Positions 36,590-50,223 of a stretch of DNA of 54,599 nt are shown piece by piece (position 1 is the stretch's first letter; each line of letters begins with the position of its first letter). The position numbers and the translations under genes were made by a program. Source of the stretch: Octopus bimaculoides (Eukaryota); assembly GCF_001194135.2 (NCBI RefSeq), contig NC_069004.1:22583883-22638481 (forward strand). The letters are read 5' to 3'. The notes below the pieces were generated by a model that saw only the letters and a program-made list of their open reading frames with translations, did no database searches and was not told the DNA's origin.

Positions 36590-37850
36590 GAGAATTCTAA
36601 GTACCTGCGAGAGAGGAAATTATAGTGGACTCATATTGTTGGGTGAGGTTATAAAGGTCAGACAGAAAGTTATTGTACAATTGATCTAGAACAGAATTAA
36701 CCTGTATGAGATGAGATACAGTTCATTTTTGTGCCCAGAAGTGGTACCACAGATGCAGTCTTCCTAGTGAGACAACTACAAGAGAACTTCTTAAGCTAAG
36801 ATTAAACCACTATACCTAGCATTCATTGACTGTGAGAAGACTTTTGACAGGATGTCAACCTCTGTAATCACTAAGGAAACAAAGTGCAGATGAATGGGTT
36901 ATGAGGATTGTACATTCTATGTACAAAGATGTAATAAGTAAAGCATAAAGGTTAGGGCACATCAAGGTTCAGACCTCAACTCTCTTCTATTCTTTACAAG
37001 CTATCACAGAGGAGTTTAATACTGGTTGCCCATGTTGACTCCTAGATGTTGATAATGTAGCTTTTATAGATGAATCTATAGATAAATTAGAAAAGAAATT
37101 CCAGGCTTAGAAGCTAAACTGGGAACTGAAAGGCTTTGAGGTAAACTTAGCCAAGACTAAGGTGTTAGTAAGTAGGAAAGAAAACAGGATGCTGGTACAT
37201 TTAGGGAAATGGTATTGGTCAGTATAAAGAACTGGAGTAGGTATGCACTCCACATGCAGAACCCATTGTAAGCTATAGACACACAAGAGATGTACTGAAA
37301 TGAAAGAGAAGCTAACAGAGAAGGTAAGTCATGCATCTGGAATATGAAATGGAACAATACAAATTAAGAACATGCTATTCTCTTATATGCTCAGTACCAT
37401 ACTTGAAGTTATCAAGAGCTTTCTAATAATTAGCCAGGAGGTGACATAATTAGCCAGGAGGTGACATAATTAACCAGTAGGTGGCTGCTCAGCAAGTATA
37501 GTAGCCAGGCTAAGAATGGATTGGAAAAGGTTTAGTGAGCTACCACCTTTGTTGCCAACAAAGGTCTTTTCCCCTAGAATGAATAGTGATATTTGTGTTA
37601 GAACTGAAATGCTGCATGGTAATGAGACATGGGTTTTGAATGCAGAAACATTGGGAAGACTAGAAAGAAATGAAACTAACATGTTCTGATAAATATGCAA
37701 TGTTAATGTGCATGAATGCTAGAATACAAATGATCTTTAAAAAAAACTGGGTATAAGAGGAATTAGGTGTAGTGTGTAGGAGATGAGGCAAAGCTGGTAT
37801 GGTCATGTAATGTGTATGGAAGTTGACTGCTGTGTAAGGAATCTCCTGAA
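36590..37850 (+). mobile_element. Degenerate RTE LINE (RT to C-terminus), same family as 1-306
   Basis: GTTDAVFLVRQLQE...LYLAFIDCEKTFDR, VNLAKTKVLV, GCSASIVARLRMDWKRFSELPPLL and QSWYGHVM remnants, with frameshifts. Confidence 0.85.
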
Positions 37851-38342
37851 GAATAGACCTGCCTTACTGATCCCTTACCATGCATTCTCACTCCATTCTC
37901 CTCTATTTAGTGTTCACTCCCCACCCCTGATTTCTGTTTCCTCAACACTCATCGCCCTACATCTCTTATCTCTTCATTATCTATGCTGTTTGCACCAATG
38001 CAGGGATAATTGTCTACTACCCTACAGCGGTACTTTAATGTGTTGACCTCAGTCGGATTTGAACTGAAAACTGAAGGTCCCAGAATAAATACTACAAGGT
38101 ATTTTGTTTTAAATTCTAATAAATTTGCCATTTCACCATTCTTGAATGGCAACTGCAAAAGAATTGGTTTTGTATCACTGAAACAAAACAGGTTGTAGCC
38201 CAAAGCAGGCTGGTATGAGAGTTTACATATAGACTTGAGTGTGTGCAAAAGATCTAAAAACTGAGTTGTTGTGCAGATCATGCTCTTTAAACTGAACCCC
38301 ACTTGTATTTCTCAGTATGTTATGGAAATCTTCAACCACACA

Positions 38343-38379
<37 letters not shown>

Positions 38380-38519
38380 CTCCCCCCCTCTCTCTCTCTC
38401 ACACACACACACAAACACACACATATCTGAATCTATTAATAGTTGCTTGCCTGGCTACTTCCATGTGGATTACTGCTGCCTTACTTAGTTGTTCATTGCT
38501 TTGGATTAACTTTTCACAG

Positions 38520-38631
38520 AAGGATTCATGTGGAATCCACAGCAACAAAAAGAAAGAAAAAAAGCATCACAACAAAGAAAGGATTTGTTCCAGAAATTGA
38601 TAGCAATGTGGCTGACTGGGTGGAAGCCATG
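38520..38631 (+). CDS. Candidate internal coding exon
   Basis: Strong acceptor ttaacttttcacag| and donor atg|gtgaac (alternative |gtaagt at 38663). Two frames are open: (E)GFMWNPQQQKERKKASQQRKDLFQKLIAMWLTGWKP or RIHVESTATKRKKKSITTKKGFVPEIDSNVADWVEAM. Confidence 0.35.
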
Positions 38632-38986
38632 GTGAACTGTTCTCTCAGTCTGTTCTGTGTGTGTAAGTGTATGTATGTGTTCTACTCTCTACAGAAGCAG
38701 ATTGAATAAATTGCATGACGGGCTCTGCACTCACTGATAAGTTGTAGCATGACAGACAGACAGACAGACAGACAAACAGATGGACAGAGAGACAGACAGG
38801 CAAACATGTGATCAGTTAGATATATGAATAGTTTTAAAGATATTTCTAAACTCAGAATATGAAGCATAAGATATTCTGCATGGTTCATTTTATGATGATG
38901 ATGATGACGACGACGGTGGCGGTGGTGGTGGTGGCTAAGGTTCCAGGGCTTTAATTAATGGAAATAACTATCTCATTCTATTAGAG

Positions 38987-39150
38987 CAGGGGTTCTCAGC
39001 CACTTTTTATCTATGAACCCTTTGATTATTATTTTATTCTGGTGAACCCCCATAACCATTCAATGTTTAAAAACTAGTTTTATAGAAACTTCTTTCAAAA
39101 TTCCTATTTTGTTTTTCACCCATTGACTTGTGTAGGTTGAACTATATAAA
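38987..39150 (+). mobile_element. hAT/Charlie-like MITE fragment
   Basis: Begins caggggttctcagcc and is colinear with 51739-51850. Confidence 0.55.
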
Positions 39151-39569
39151 GTGTTAGAGAAAGTGACAGTACCCAGGCCCTTTGCAAGCTCTCCAAGACT
39201 GGTCATCTTCATACAGCTTATGTTCCTTTTCAGAGCCAACTCTTTGCCTTCAGCCCCTGCAAACCACCAATGCCTGACCTATGACAAAGCCTTCCAAGTG
39301 CACGTCAGACTGATAGGCCACAGCCAGACGTGCTGTGTCCCATTTTCTTCTCCCATGTGATGTCCTTGGTCATTGTTAACAACAATTAACCAATGACTTA
39401 CTATCTACATCTGATAATATTGGTAAAACCTTCCTTCACCATTGCAATTGCCTTTATTTCCTCATCACCACTTTCATCCCTCGTTCACAACTACCCTACA
39501 ACCATCTCCCCTTCCACCATCCACTTCTTACTTTCTCATCTACCAATACATACTTAGTCTCACTCATTC

Positions 39570-40250
39570 AGGATTTGAACTCAGAACACAAAGTGTTGGA
39601 ATAAATACTGGAGGACATTCTGTTCAGTGACATAATGAGCCTGTCATTTTTTATTTTTTACATTAAGGCAGTAGCCCATGCTGAATTGATTATGATAGAA
39701 TCACCACCATCATTATCATCATCATTGATAAGGGAAATAACTGATTATATCAACCCAAGTACTCCATTGGTACTTTATTTTATCAAACCCTTGAAAGACA
39801 AAAGGCAAAGGTGATCTCAATGAGATTTGAACTCAGAATGTAAAGCATCATTAATAAATATCGAAGGGTAATTTGTCTGAGAGTGTAGCAATTCTGATGC
39901 TTTATTTTATCAACCTTGAAGGGATGAAAGGCAGAATTGACCTCAGTGGGATTTGAAATCAAAATGTAAAGAACCAGGATAAATACTCTGAAGCAGTTTT
40001 TTTTCTGTTGCTCTAATAATTCTGCCAGCTCATTGTGCTTAATAATAGTTTCTGATTTGGGTTACAAGGTCACCAATTTTGACCCCAATACTTGACTGGT
40101 ATTTCCTTTATTGATCTATTCAAAGGATGGTAGGTTTAGTTGACCTTGACAAGATTTGAACTAAGAATATAAAGAGTGATAACTTAATAGTGCAAGACAT
40201 TTCGTCCAAAGATCTAGTAATTCTGCCAATTCACCACTATAATAATAACA
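39570..40250 (-). mobile_element. Cluster of about 4-5 degenerate, co-oriented SINE type B copies
   Basis: Repeated gatttgaactcagaa / aaggcagaattgacct / aattctgccagctc blocks. Confidence 0.75.
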
Positions 40251-41229
40251 ATGATAATGATAATGTGCAGCAGCCAAATATAGCGGGAAGCAAATAAAAG
40301 AACAAGCAGAGAGAACTGGAATTAATATCCGTAACCACTACCCTCCTCTCTTCCATTTCTAGCAATAAAGAGTCTCTTGTTTACCTAATGGCTTTTCTGT
40401 TACATTGATGTTATAACCTACTTTTTGTCCCCCCACCCTTTTGGTGTGGGGCTGGGTTATTATTTTTATATCATCGAAGATGTTTCTATATAACTTTTTC
40501 CAGCTCTTTTACTTACTAATCCTTCTCTCCCTCCTCCACCATTACCACCATCCTGTTATACATACATCCATGCATTCACTCATACATATGCTTACATACC
40601 ACCACCATCACAGCTCCTGTTCTGTTGCAGATCAGTAAACAAACAAGAGCAACAACTGCAATACTATAGCCAGAGGAACAATGGACACCAAAGGAACAAT
40701 GGCAACAACAACAATAGCAAAAAACCGAATCTGCAAAAACAGCAATAACATGATGATTTCTTTGATATATTAATATGAATAGGTGGTCAAGTCTTTGAAA
40801 AAGCTAAAGCTATATTTTGTTGTTGTTGTTCCACAAGGATTGAGGTCGGTTTTACTACTTGCAAACGCCATTATATTTATTATTTATGTTCCTCCTAAGA
40901 ATATGGACAAAGCTGTTTTATTTACTGACACGTTTCTGTAATTTGGCATACACACACATTATATATAGTCACAGAAACACACACACAATATTAGATTTGA
41001 CATAGGTATGGTTTTGTGGTTGGGAAGCTGGCTTACCAACCACATGGTCTTGAGTTCACTCCCACTTCTACTATAGCCCCAGGCTCACCAAAATCATGTG
41101 AGTGTATTTGGTGGACAGAAACCGAAAGAAGCCCATTATACACGTGTGTGTGTATCTGTACCCTTGTCTTGACATCATCACATAATGTCAAGATCCTCTT
41201 TCAGTAGGCAACAGACAGGAGAGTGCTTT

Positions 41230-42300
41230 ACTCTTGCCCCATGTGTGGAGGTTTGTTGAACAAGGCAAAGTGTCGTAGACATCTTGGATTAGAAACTGAT
41301 GCACTGGATGTCAGCCTGCCAGTGATGCAACTAAGTGATGTTCTGCTACAGAGAGCCTACCCAAGCTCCTGACTGGTTGCTTTGTCAGAAGTTGGGATGG
41401 GAGTTGCAGATAAGGTGAAGTGGAACATTTTCACCATGTTTTCTCTTTTCAGTACAAGTGACCTTGACTTTGATGGTGAGCTTCTCAAGTCCTTAAAATA
41501 TCTACCTACAACTAATGGCTGATAATGTTGTTAGAGTCATGAAGACTCTTCCAAATGGCTGTTGCATGTTGAATTTTGTCTGGGATCCTTAGTAACCCAT
41601 CTCTGCTGATTTAACCACCATATTCATAACAATGGCAAAAAGGATTACTGAAATGGAGCAGCTAGTTATGTTACTTTTTCTTAATTTGTGTCACTCTGGA
41701 TGCAGTTGGTCCAATCGTAACTTTCATCTGAAAGTTGTAAAATAATCCAGAATAAGGTTGTTGATCTTGTTAGTGATGTAGTATCCTCAAAGAACACTCT
41801 CCACCACCTTGTGTGGCCTAGACCCATAGGTGTTTGTGAGGCTCAACCACAGAACCACCAGATCGTATTTGCCTTTCTTTGCTTCTCTGAAGTGTTGTGT
41901 GACTGCTCTTGTGAGTTCCAGGCAGCCAGGTGTTCTAGCAATCTCACCTTTCTGTACTGAAGTGTCTAGGATGAACTTTGTCAGCTGACAAAACTAGCTA
42001 CTGAAGAATATCTTTCCTTCAATGTTCATTTGGGACCCAAACACCTTTGGTATACCTCCACTGGTTGGCAACCCTTCTTCTATGATGTATCACTTTCAGC
42101 ATCTTCCACAGTTGTTGGAAGAATGTTGAACATTTATAGACATTATATGGTATTTTAGTGAGCCCTGAACGGAGGCTGGCCTTGCTGTGTTAACAATTTC
42201 CTGAATTTCTCTCCATCTCAGTTCACTCATGTCAAACTTTGTCATTGGGGCTGCTGCCTAGTGGAGTCACCTATGATGTTTTCCCCTTCTGAGTACTCAA
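41230..42300 (-). mobile_element. Hero-like (R2-group, restriction-like endonuclease) non-LTR RT fossil
   Basis: WREIQEIVNTAR, NIEGKIFF, ILDTSVQKGEIARTPGCLELT, DLVVLWLSLTNTYGSRPHKVVE, ITSCSISVILFAIVMNMVVKSAE: matches the DTSVQKGG..GCLEHT / LDLANAYGSIPH / GCTISVILF motifs I associate with the Hero clade. Confidence 0.75.
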
Positions 42301-42429
42301 GACTGCTACTTCACTTGTCACCAAGAAGTTTCTTGGTAAAACCAAAGAGGTTGGAAATAAAAGCTGCATGCACTTTGGCCCTTCCTTTTCTTTCACTTCT
42401 GTACCGTCTACTCAGTGGAAGGTGATCAG

Positions 42430-43500
42430 GATGTCTTTCAGTTTCTGTTTACCAAATTCACTCTCAAGGCTTTGGTCGGCCAGAGGCTAAAGTAGAAGAC
42501 ACTTGCCCAAAGTGTCATGCAGTGGGACTGAACCAGGAACCATGTGGTTGTGAAGCAAACTTCTTGCCACACAGCCACACTTGTATCAATATATCAACAT
42601 CATTTTTACTTATATATANNNNNNNNNNNNNNNNNNNNNNNNNNNNNNNNNNNNNNNNNNNNNNNNNNNNNNNNNNNNNNNNNNNNNNNNNNNNNNNNNN
42701 NNNNNNNNNNNNNNNNNNNNNNNNNNNNNNNNNNNNNNNNNNNNNNNNNNNNNNNNNNNNNNNNNNNNNNNNNNNNNNNNNNNNNNNNNNNNNNNNNNNN
42801 NNNNNNNNNNNNNNNNNNNNNNNNNNNNNNNNNNNNNNNNNNNNNNNNNNNNNNNNNNNNNNNNNNNNNNNNNNNNNNNNNNNNNNNNNNNNNNNNNNNN
42901 NNNNNNNNNNNNNNNNNNNNNNNNNNNNNNNNNNNNNNNNNNNNNNNNNNNNNNNNNNNNNNNNNNNNNNNNNNNNNNNNNNNNNNNNNNNNNNNNNNNN
43001 NNNNNNNNNNNNNNNNNNNNNNNNNNNNNNNNNNNNNNNNNNNNNNNNNNNNNNNNNNNNNNNNNNNNNNNNNNNNNNNNNNNNNNNNNNNNNNNNNNNN
43101 NNNNNNNNNNNNNNNNNNNNNNNNNNNNNNNNNNNNNNNNNNNNNNNNNNNNNNNNNNNNNNNNNNNNNNNNNNNNNNNNNNNNNNNNNNNNNNNNNNNN
43201 NNNNNNNNNNNNNNNNNNNNNNNNNNNNNNNNNNNNNNNNNNNNNNNNNNNNNNNNNNNNNNNNNNNGAAAGAAGCCTGTTCTATATATGTACATATAAG
43301 CTATGTGTTTGTCTGTCTTTGTTTATCCCCCACTCTCCTGCTTGAAAATCAGTGATGGTGTGTCCCTGCAACTTGGCAGATTGATAAAAGAGACCAATAG
43401 AATAAGTGCCATGCTTTTAAAAAAATAAGTACTAGGGCCAATACATTTGACTAAAAATTCTTCAAGGCAGTGCATGACCACAGTCTAATATGGCTGAAAC
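42430..43500. mobile_element. SINE type A head (minus) and SINE type A tail (plus) on either side of an N gap
   Basis: 42430-42580 matches the head in reverse; 43270-43500 matches the tail in the forward direction. Confidence 0.6.
42619..43267. other. Assembly gap (largest of six; others at 1017-1026, 19687-19725, 50412-50518, 51563-51625, 53092-53125)
   Basis: Runs of N, nearly all adjacent to dinucleotide microsatellites or SINEs. Confidence 0.99.
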
Positions 43501-43502
43501 AA

Positions 43503-43538
<36 letters not shown>

Positions 43539-44089
43539 CACATGGTTCCATTTTTATCTACCCATTTGGATACTTAATTAGGCCACCAAAAAGTAACACT
43601 GCCATTTTTACACAGCAAAGGACTATTTACTATTCACTTTCTTTTTAATAGATTCTTTTTGATCTCTTGGCTCTTCTCAACATCATCAAACTTAGATTTA
43701 TGACCTATTCTTGATAGCCAAGCTTCTCCAACTGAAAGAATGGCCTTTTTATTTGTCTTTCATTTTTTAATTTCCTTTTCCTTTTTTTCTATACTCTTCT
43801 CTCCTTACCCATTTCCTCAGTTTGTTCTTGTCTAAATGCTCTTTTCTCTCTCTTTCTTTCATTTTTCACCTCTCCATTAGTATTTATTTCCCTCTTCCTC
43901 TTTTTTCTTTATTGATGCCTGTGTATTATCTTAAATGTGTGGCCTGATCACATGAAATTCAGGTCATGAGATAAACTCTAAGTTTCAGTTTCAATAAAAA
44001 TATAACATATCCTTTAAAACATATTGAGCACTCCTCTCTCGTTCATCATAATATAAACCAGCATACATATATCTATCTATATACACACG

Positions 44090-44120
<31 letters not shown>

Positions 44121-44302
44121 CATGCTTCTATCTGTTTCCTTCTATTAAATCCACTTGGAAGGTCTGGAGCTATAGTGTGTGCATACTCCTTCCATTCTCA
44201 CATACATACATAAATACACATACGAGTATGCACACACACACACACACATTAATTTATGCAATTGGCTGAGTTTCTGGAAATAGGGAAATTCACTAGTCCA
44301 AG

Positions 44303-45171
44303 CAGATGATCAATAAGTATCCGGACTATTGCTATAGTAATGAAGTTAAAGCACGGAGACTGAAGCTGCTTGGTGCAGATTGACCTTGAACTCTGCTGTG
44401 CATGTGCACTAAGTTTTAACATTCTAGCTCACATCCACTGTTTACAGCAGTACTTGGAAGGAATGTGTGTAGTGTGTGATCATTGCATTGACCATGACAG
44501 AGAAAGTTGAACAGAGAATCTGCATCAAATTTTGCCAAAAGCCTGGCCATACCTGCTCAGAGGCCTATGCAAAATTTTCAAAAAGTTTTCATCATTTTCT
44601 ACACAATCAAGGAGATCTTGTGCAACTGAAACCTGAGTGTCTTTTTGGTCTGCTGAAAGCAGTTTTGGCACAAACTTGGCAGATACACATTTCATACCCA
44701 AATCTTCAGTTATAATGGATTGAACTGAACTGTAACTAATCTACACATCCTCTGATAACTCACGGATGGTGATTTGACAATTTCCACTCACAGCCACATG
44801 CACATCTGTGATGTTTTTCTTGGTTCTGTTGGTTGCGGGTCTCCCAGAATGTTTGTCAATATCAACATTTTTTCAGCCATCTCGGAAACATCTGAACCAC
44901 TTTTACACTTATTTGTGGCTCATACACTTCTCTCCATACACTTCCTGCAACTTTGCAGGCCTCTGAGCAGGTATTGCCTTGACAGCAAGGATCACATGCT
45001 ACACACCTTCCTTCCAAGCAGTGCTGTAAACAGCAGAAGTGAGTCAGAATGTTAAAACTTAGTGCACATGCATAGCAGAGTTCAAGGTCAGTCTGTGCCA
45101 AGTGGATTTATTCTGCATGATTTATTTTCGTTACTATGGCAACAGTTCAGATATTTATTGATCAGACCTCA
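44303..45171. mobile_element. Mariner derivative made of two inverted 5' ends
   Basis: Plus-strand 5' end with TIR and MTEKVEQRICIKFCQK (44303-44574) is fused to a minus-strand 5' portion ending in the TIR ...tttattgatcagacctca|ta. Confidence 0.82.
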
Positions 45172-45682
45172 TATATACTATGCTACAGAAATGCACACAC
45201 ATACATGCAAGGTCATGAGTTGTGTACTTCTTTCTCTGTCTATAGAACAGAAAGTAAATAAAGATGCTTTTTTTACCAATAGAGGCATCGTTTCCTCAAA
45301 CTTATCTATTTCTTTGCTCTTGTATCTATGCTTGCCTCACATGCACCTCCAGGAACAACCGGTCACCTAAGTAACAGAAATTAATGAGACATCTGAGCAC
45401 TCCATGAATCTATTTTTTTTTTTTTACTATAAGTATTTCCACGACTAACTATTCTTGTTTTTCTTTGTACTAACCACTTCTGTGCATTTAAAGACCTGGT
45501 TCTCCTTCTGTACGTATGTTTCATTCTAATTAATGACCTTAACGTGTGTTTGCTAGTAATTTCAATTAGTTCTTGTACTCAGGCTATGAAGATCCTATCA
45601 TTAGCTTCCTATAACAAGTTGGTTTACCATTTAATGAATCATTTCAGTTCAGCTGCAGCTTGGATATACAAGTACTTATATA

Positions 45683-45728
<46 letters not shown>

Positions 45729-46364
45729 CTTTCATCAACGTGTCTCTGCTAATTATTCAATTTTGTCATAAATCTGTTTTTGTTTATTTCACATCCATCC
45801 ATCCATCCATTTACCAACTTATCTATCTATCTATCTCTCCATCTGTCTTATAAATTCCTTCCTCTCTTCTAATTCAATGTCTTTTTCTATTTCATGGTAA
45901 TCTATAATTTTCAGTCAATTTGTATGATTTACGATAATTAGAACAAGTACCTTTGGAAATTTCATAGTTCTTCTGAAAACTAAAAGTTGGATGGAAGTTT
46001 ATAGAAAAGCATAAAATTCATGATTTCTTTTGAAATTGTATATTTCTTGAAGAATTTGATTCTTAAGATGCTGCAAATTCATATAGATGGTACTGAACCA
46101 ACAGCTTTAGAAGTGAATATTTTTGAAAATTATTTTCTTTATTATATAATTGTTATCTCTTCTACCTTGAGAGCTGATGTCAATTTTCTAATCTTTACAT
46201 TAAGGAATAAACACAATTGAGCAAGAGCTACATGCAAATTGTCCATAAGAAAATACTGGTTTACTTCCCTTTGCGTTTCCATTGTGATTATGTTATTAAA
46301 ATTATTGAAAACACATTAATAGGCAAATACTTTAAGCATTCTTAATTACAGACTGAAAATGAAG

Positions 46365-46523
46365 GCATAATCTTATACGGTTAAGAAGCTCTCTTTACAA
46401 TCATGTGGTTGTGGATTCAGTTCCACTGTGCGGTGCTTTTGCAAATGTCTTCTACTATAGCCTCAGGGCTGACCAATGCCCTGTAAGTGAATTTGGTGAA
46501 AGGAAACTATGTGGAAACCTGTC

Positions 46524-46566
<43 letters not shown>

Positions 46567-46790
46567 GTATGTGTGTTTTTGTATCTGTATTTGTCCCTCT
46601 GTCACTGCTTGACAATCAGTGTTGGTTTGTTTACACCTCTTTAACTTAGCAGTTTGGCAAAAGTGACTGATAGAATAAGTACCAGATTAAAAAAGAAGTA
46701 CTAGGTTTGATCTGTTTGACTAAAAACTCTACATGGTGGTGCCTCAACCTGACCACAGTTCAATGACTGAATCAAATAACAAATAAAAGA
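46365..46790 (+). mobile_element. SINE type A, near full length
   Basis: Head ggttaagaagct...ggattcagttccactgtgcggtgc, internal (TA)n and tail gactgaatcaaataac..aaaaga. Confidence 0.75.
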
Positions 46791-46944
46791 AAAAGATTTA
46801 GTATGACTATGTTGGTATCAATTCAATAAATTCTAACATGCTCTACTACTCTTCCTTATTTTTGAGCCAAAGAAAAATGCATAACTCTGATATTATACAA
46901 AATTTGGATTAATTTACAACTGCTTCAGCTGTAGTAATAATAAT

Positions 46945-47930
46945 GATTCTAATATTGATACAAGGCTAGCAATTTTGTTGGGAGACGTTACTTGATTACT
47001 TGATACTATCAACCCCAGTACTTGACTGGTACTTTATTTTATCAACTGTTTTTTTTTCTTTGCTGCTTTTGTGGCTTCCCATGACTCTCTGTTGCCATCC
47101 AATTCCTTAAGTCCAAGAAGGACTTAAGTGCAAGAAGGAAGGAAAACTTTAGAATTCATTTGAAGGAAACAAGCAGTCGAAGGATGTTAATTGCGGATAG
47201 AATTTTCACAAAAAATTTGGTAATAAAAGAATTATTAAACTAAAAACTTGGTTTAGTACCTTATTTATATATAAAACACTACAATTAGCTGTAATTTTTG
47301 ACAGCACAGGGCCAGCTAGTAATAATAATAATTCTTTCTACAAGGCCTGAAATTTTGGGGGTGGGTGCTAGTTGATTCCATCAACCCCAGTGCTTAACTG
47401 GTACTTATTTTATCAACACCAGAAGAATAAAAGGTAGTAAAATCAATTTTGGTGACATTTGAACCTAGAACATAATCGGTCTGAAAAATTACTGCTTAGC
47501 ATTTTGTTGCAAACTTCAACGATTCTGCCAACTCAATGATAATGATGATAGTAATTGTTTCTAATCTTGGAACAAGGCCTTAAATTTGGAGTCAAGAACT
47601 GAGGTTGTTTATATTAACCTCAGTACTTTATTGGTACTTATCAATGTGGGAAGGATAAAAGGCAAAGTTGACTATGGCAGGATTTGAACTCAGGATATGA
47701 AGAGCCAGAAGAAATATTACAAGGTATTTTGTCTGATGCTTTAATAATTCTGCCAGTCCACTGCTTTGATAATAACTGGTATTTCAAGCAGTTTCATGTG
47801 GGAAGGAGTTAATTGATTAAACTGTTCCAAGTACTTGACTAGTACTTGGTACTTTATTGATCTGGAAGAGTGAAAAGCAGTTAGTCTCAGTGGATTTGAA
47901 CTCAGAATGTAAAAGAGTCAAAAAAAGAAT
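46945..47930 (-). mobile_element. Cluster of about four co-oriented SINE type B copies
   Basis: Units near 46945, 47325, 47555 and 47770, with (AAT)n/(GAT)n linkers. Confidence 0.75.
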
Positions 47931-48223
47931 TGTTTAAGCAGGAAATCTTAGAATTTTCTGGGACAAGGAAGTTATAGAGCTTAGTGATATTCCACACTTA
48001 TAAACCAGCAACTTCCTCACTACTGCTACTCTATTTTTTCTGACACATTGCTAATGGTGTCCGTTGGTGTTTATTGGTTGCATGTATTGCACTCTAGCTG
48101 AAATTAATTCTCTATACTCAGCATTGCTGTTAAATTGTCTTCTTAAATCAGATTTTGACAGTTTGAGTGGTATTGAGGTAAGGAAAACAAATCAATACCT
48201 TGTAATGACTGTTTCTACTGAGG

Positions 48224-48323
<100 letters not shown>

Positions 48324-48798
48324 GTGTTTAGTTGTGTATGTAAGGAGTTTGATTTTCAACCTTTTGGTTTCAGGTTCAGTTCCATTGCAAGCACACCTTG
48401 AGGTATCTTCTGCTCTAGCCCTCAGTCAATGAATGATGTTGTGAGTTAATTTTTGTATAAGGAAACTGTATGAAATGCATTGTGTATACACACACATACA
48501 CACTTATATCCACGCATATTGAGACCTTTGGCATTGTGTTGTGCTTGAGAAGACCCATCAAGCCAAATAAAATTGCAGTTGTGGCAGATACCGGTGTCAC
48601 ACAAATGGCACCCATGCCAGTGGCACATAAAGGCACCCATTACACTCTTGGAGTGGTTGGTGTTAGGAAGGGTATCTAGCCATAGAAACCATGCCAAATC
48701 AGACTGGAGTCTGGTGCAGCTTTCCAGCTTGTCAGCCCTGGTCAAACTGTTCAACTCACACCAGCATGGACAATGGACAGTAAAGGATGATGATGATG

Positions 48799-48836
<38 letters not shown>

Positions 48837-48926
48837 ATAAATATATATATATGTATGTCTGTGTGTATATGTGTGTGTGCATATGTGTATATATGATGTA
48901 TGTATGTGTGTGTGTGTGTATATATA

Positions 48927-49995
48927 CAAAGTCTGATCAGTAAGTATCCGGACTGGTGCTATAAAAACAGAACTACAACATGTACCAATTTGCCATTTAG
49001 TCTCCTTCCAAGTGGTCACCTTTAGAAGCCACACACTTAATCCAGTGCTGTTTCCATTGATGGAAGCATTCTTGGAACTCGTTTTCTGGGATAATCAGCA
49101 GCTGCCTCATCAAATTCACTTTGATTTCCTTGATGTCATGAAATCTTCCTTTCAAGCAGGATTTAATTTTTGGAAAGAGGAAAAAGTTGCCAGGGGTAAC
49201 ATCTGGGGAATATGGTGACTGTCAGACCTGGGGAATTTTGTGCCTAGCCCAAAACTGCTGCACAAGCTGCACTGAATGGGCAGGTGTGTTGTTATGGTGC
49301 AATTGTGGCCTTTTCCAACAAATAGCATCCTGCAAATACTGCAAAACATCATGGTAGTCCTCCTTGTCTACTGTCTGACCAGGTGGAGCATGCTTATGAT
49401 GAACAATCCCCTTGTAATCAAAGAAAACAGTTAACAGTGTCTTCATATTGCTTTGACTCATATGTGCTTTCTTCAGTCTCAGAGAGGTTGGGGGCCTTCC
49501 GCTGCGAAGACTGAGCCTTTGTTTCAGAGTCCTAGCCACAGACTCATGATTCATCACCCATTATAACCATTTTCAAAAAGTTTTCATTGTTCTCGGCACA
49601 ATCAAGGAGATCTTGTGCTACTGAAATCCAAGTGTCTTTTTGGTCTGCTGAAAGCAGTTTTGGCATAAACTTGGCAGACATACATCTCATACCCAAATCT
49701 TCAGTGATAATGATTTCCCCTCACAGCTGCACACACATTTGTGATGCTTTTCTCAGTTCTACTGGTTGTGGGTCTCCCAGAATGTTCGTCACTATTGAAA
49801 TTTTTTCGACCATCTTAGAAACGTTTGTATCACTAGTACACTTGCATGTGGCGCATACACCTTCTGCATACACTCCTCTCCGCATACACTTTCTGCAACT
49901 TTGCATAGACACATTCTCTGCTCAACTTTCTGTCTTGGCCATTGTGATGATCACACACTACATATGTTCCTTCCAAGCACTGCTTTAAACAAGCA
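48927..49995 (-). mobile_element. Mariner element (same family as 44303-45171), 3' TIR present, 5' end interrupted by a SINE
   Basis: ta|caaagtctgatcagtaagtatccggactgg TIR. Remnant LLTVFFDYKGIVHHKHAPPGQTVDKEDYHDVLQYLQDAI..KRP..HHNNTPAHS. Confidence 0.85.
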
Positions 49996-50012
49996 GAAGC
50001 AAGCTAGACTCT

Positions 50013-50192
50013 TTTACCCTTTTAATTGTGGCCATGCTGGAGCACCGCCTTTAGTTGAGTAAATCGACCCCAGAATTTATTCTTTGTAAGCCTAGTACTT
50101 ATTCTATCGGTCTCTTTTGCCAAACCGCTAAGTTACGGGGACGTAAACACACCAGCATCAGTTGTCAAACGATGTTGGGGGGACAAACACAG

Positions 50193-50223
<31 letters not shown>

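Noticed and set aside
40632-40750. Q/N-rich plus-strand frame after an acceptor (SVNKQEQQLQYYSQRNNGHQRNNG...)
   Set aside because: Driven by (AAC)n low complexity; joining it to the 38631 donor creates a stop codon.
42522-43355. Long ORFs of 229-277 aa in the track (also 50322-50889 and 51438-51689)
   Set aside because: They are made of X residues from N gaps plus microsatellite translation.
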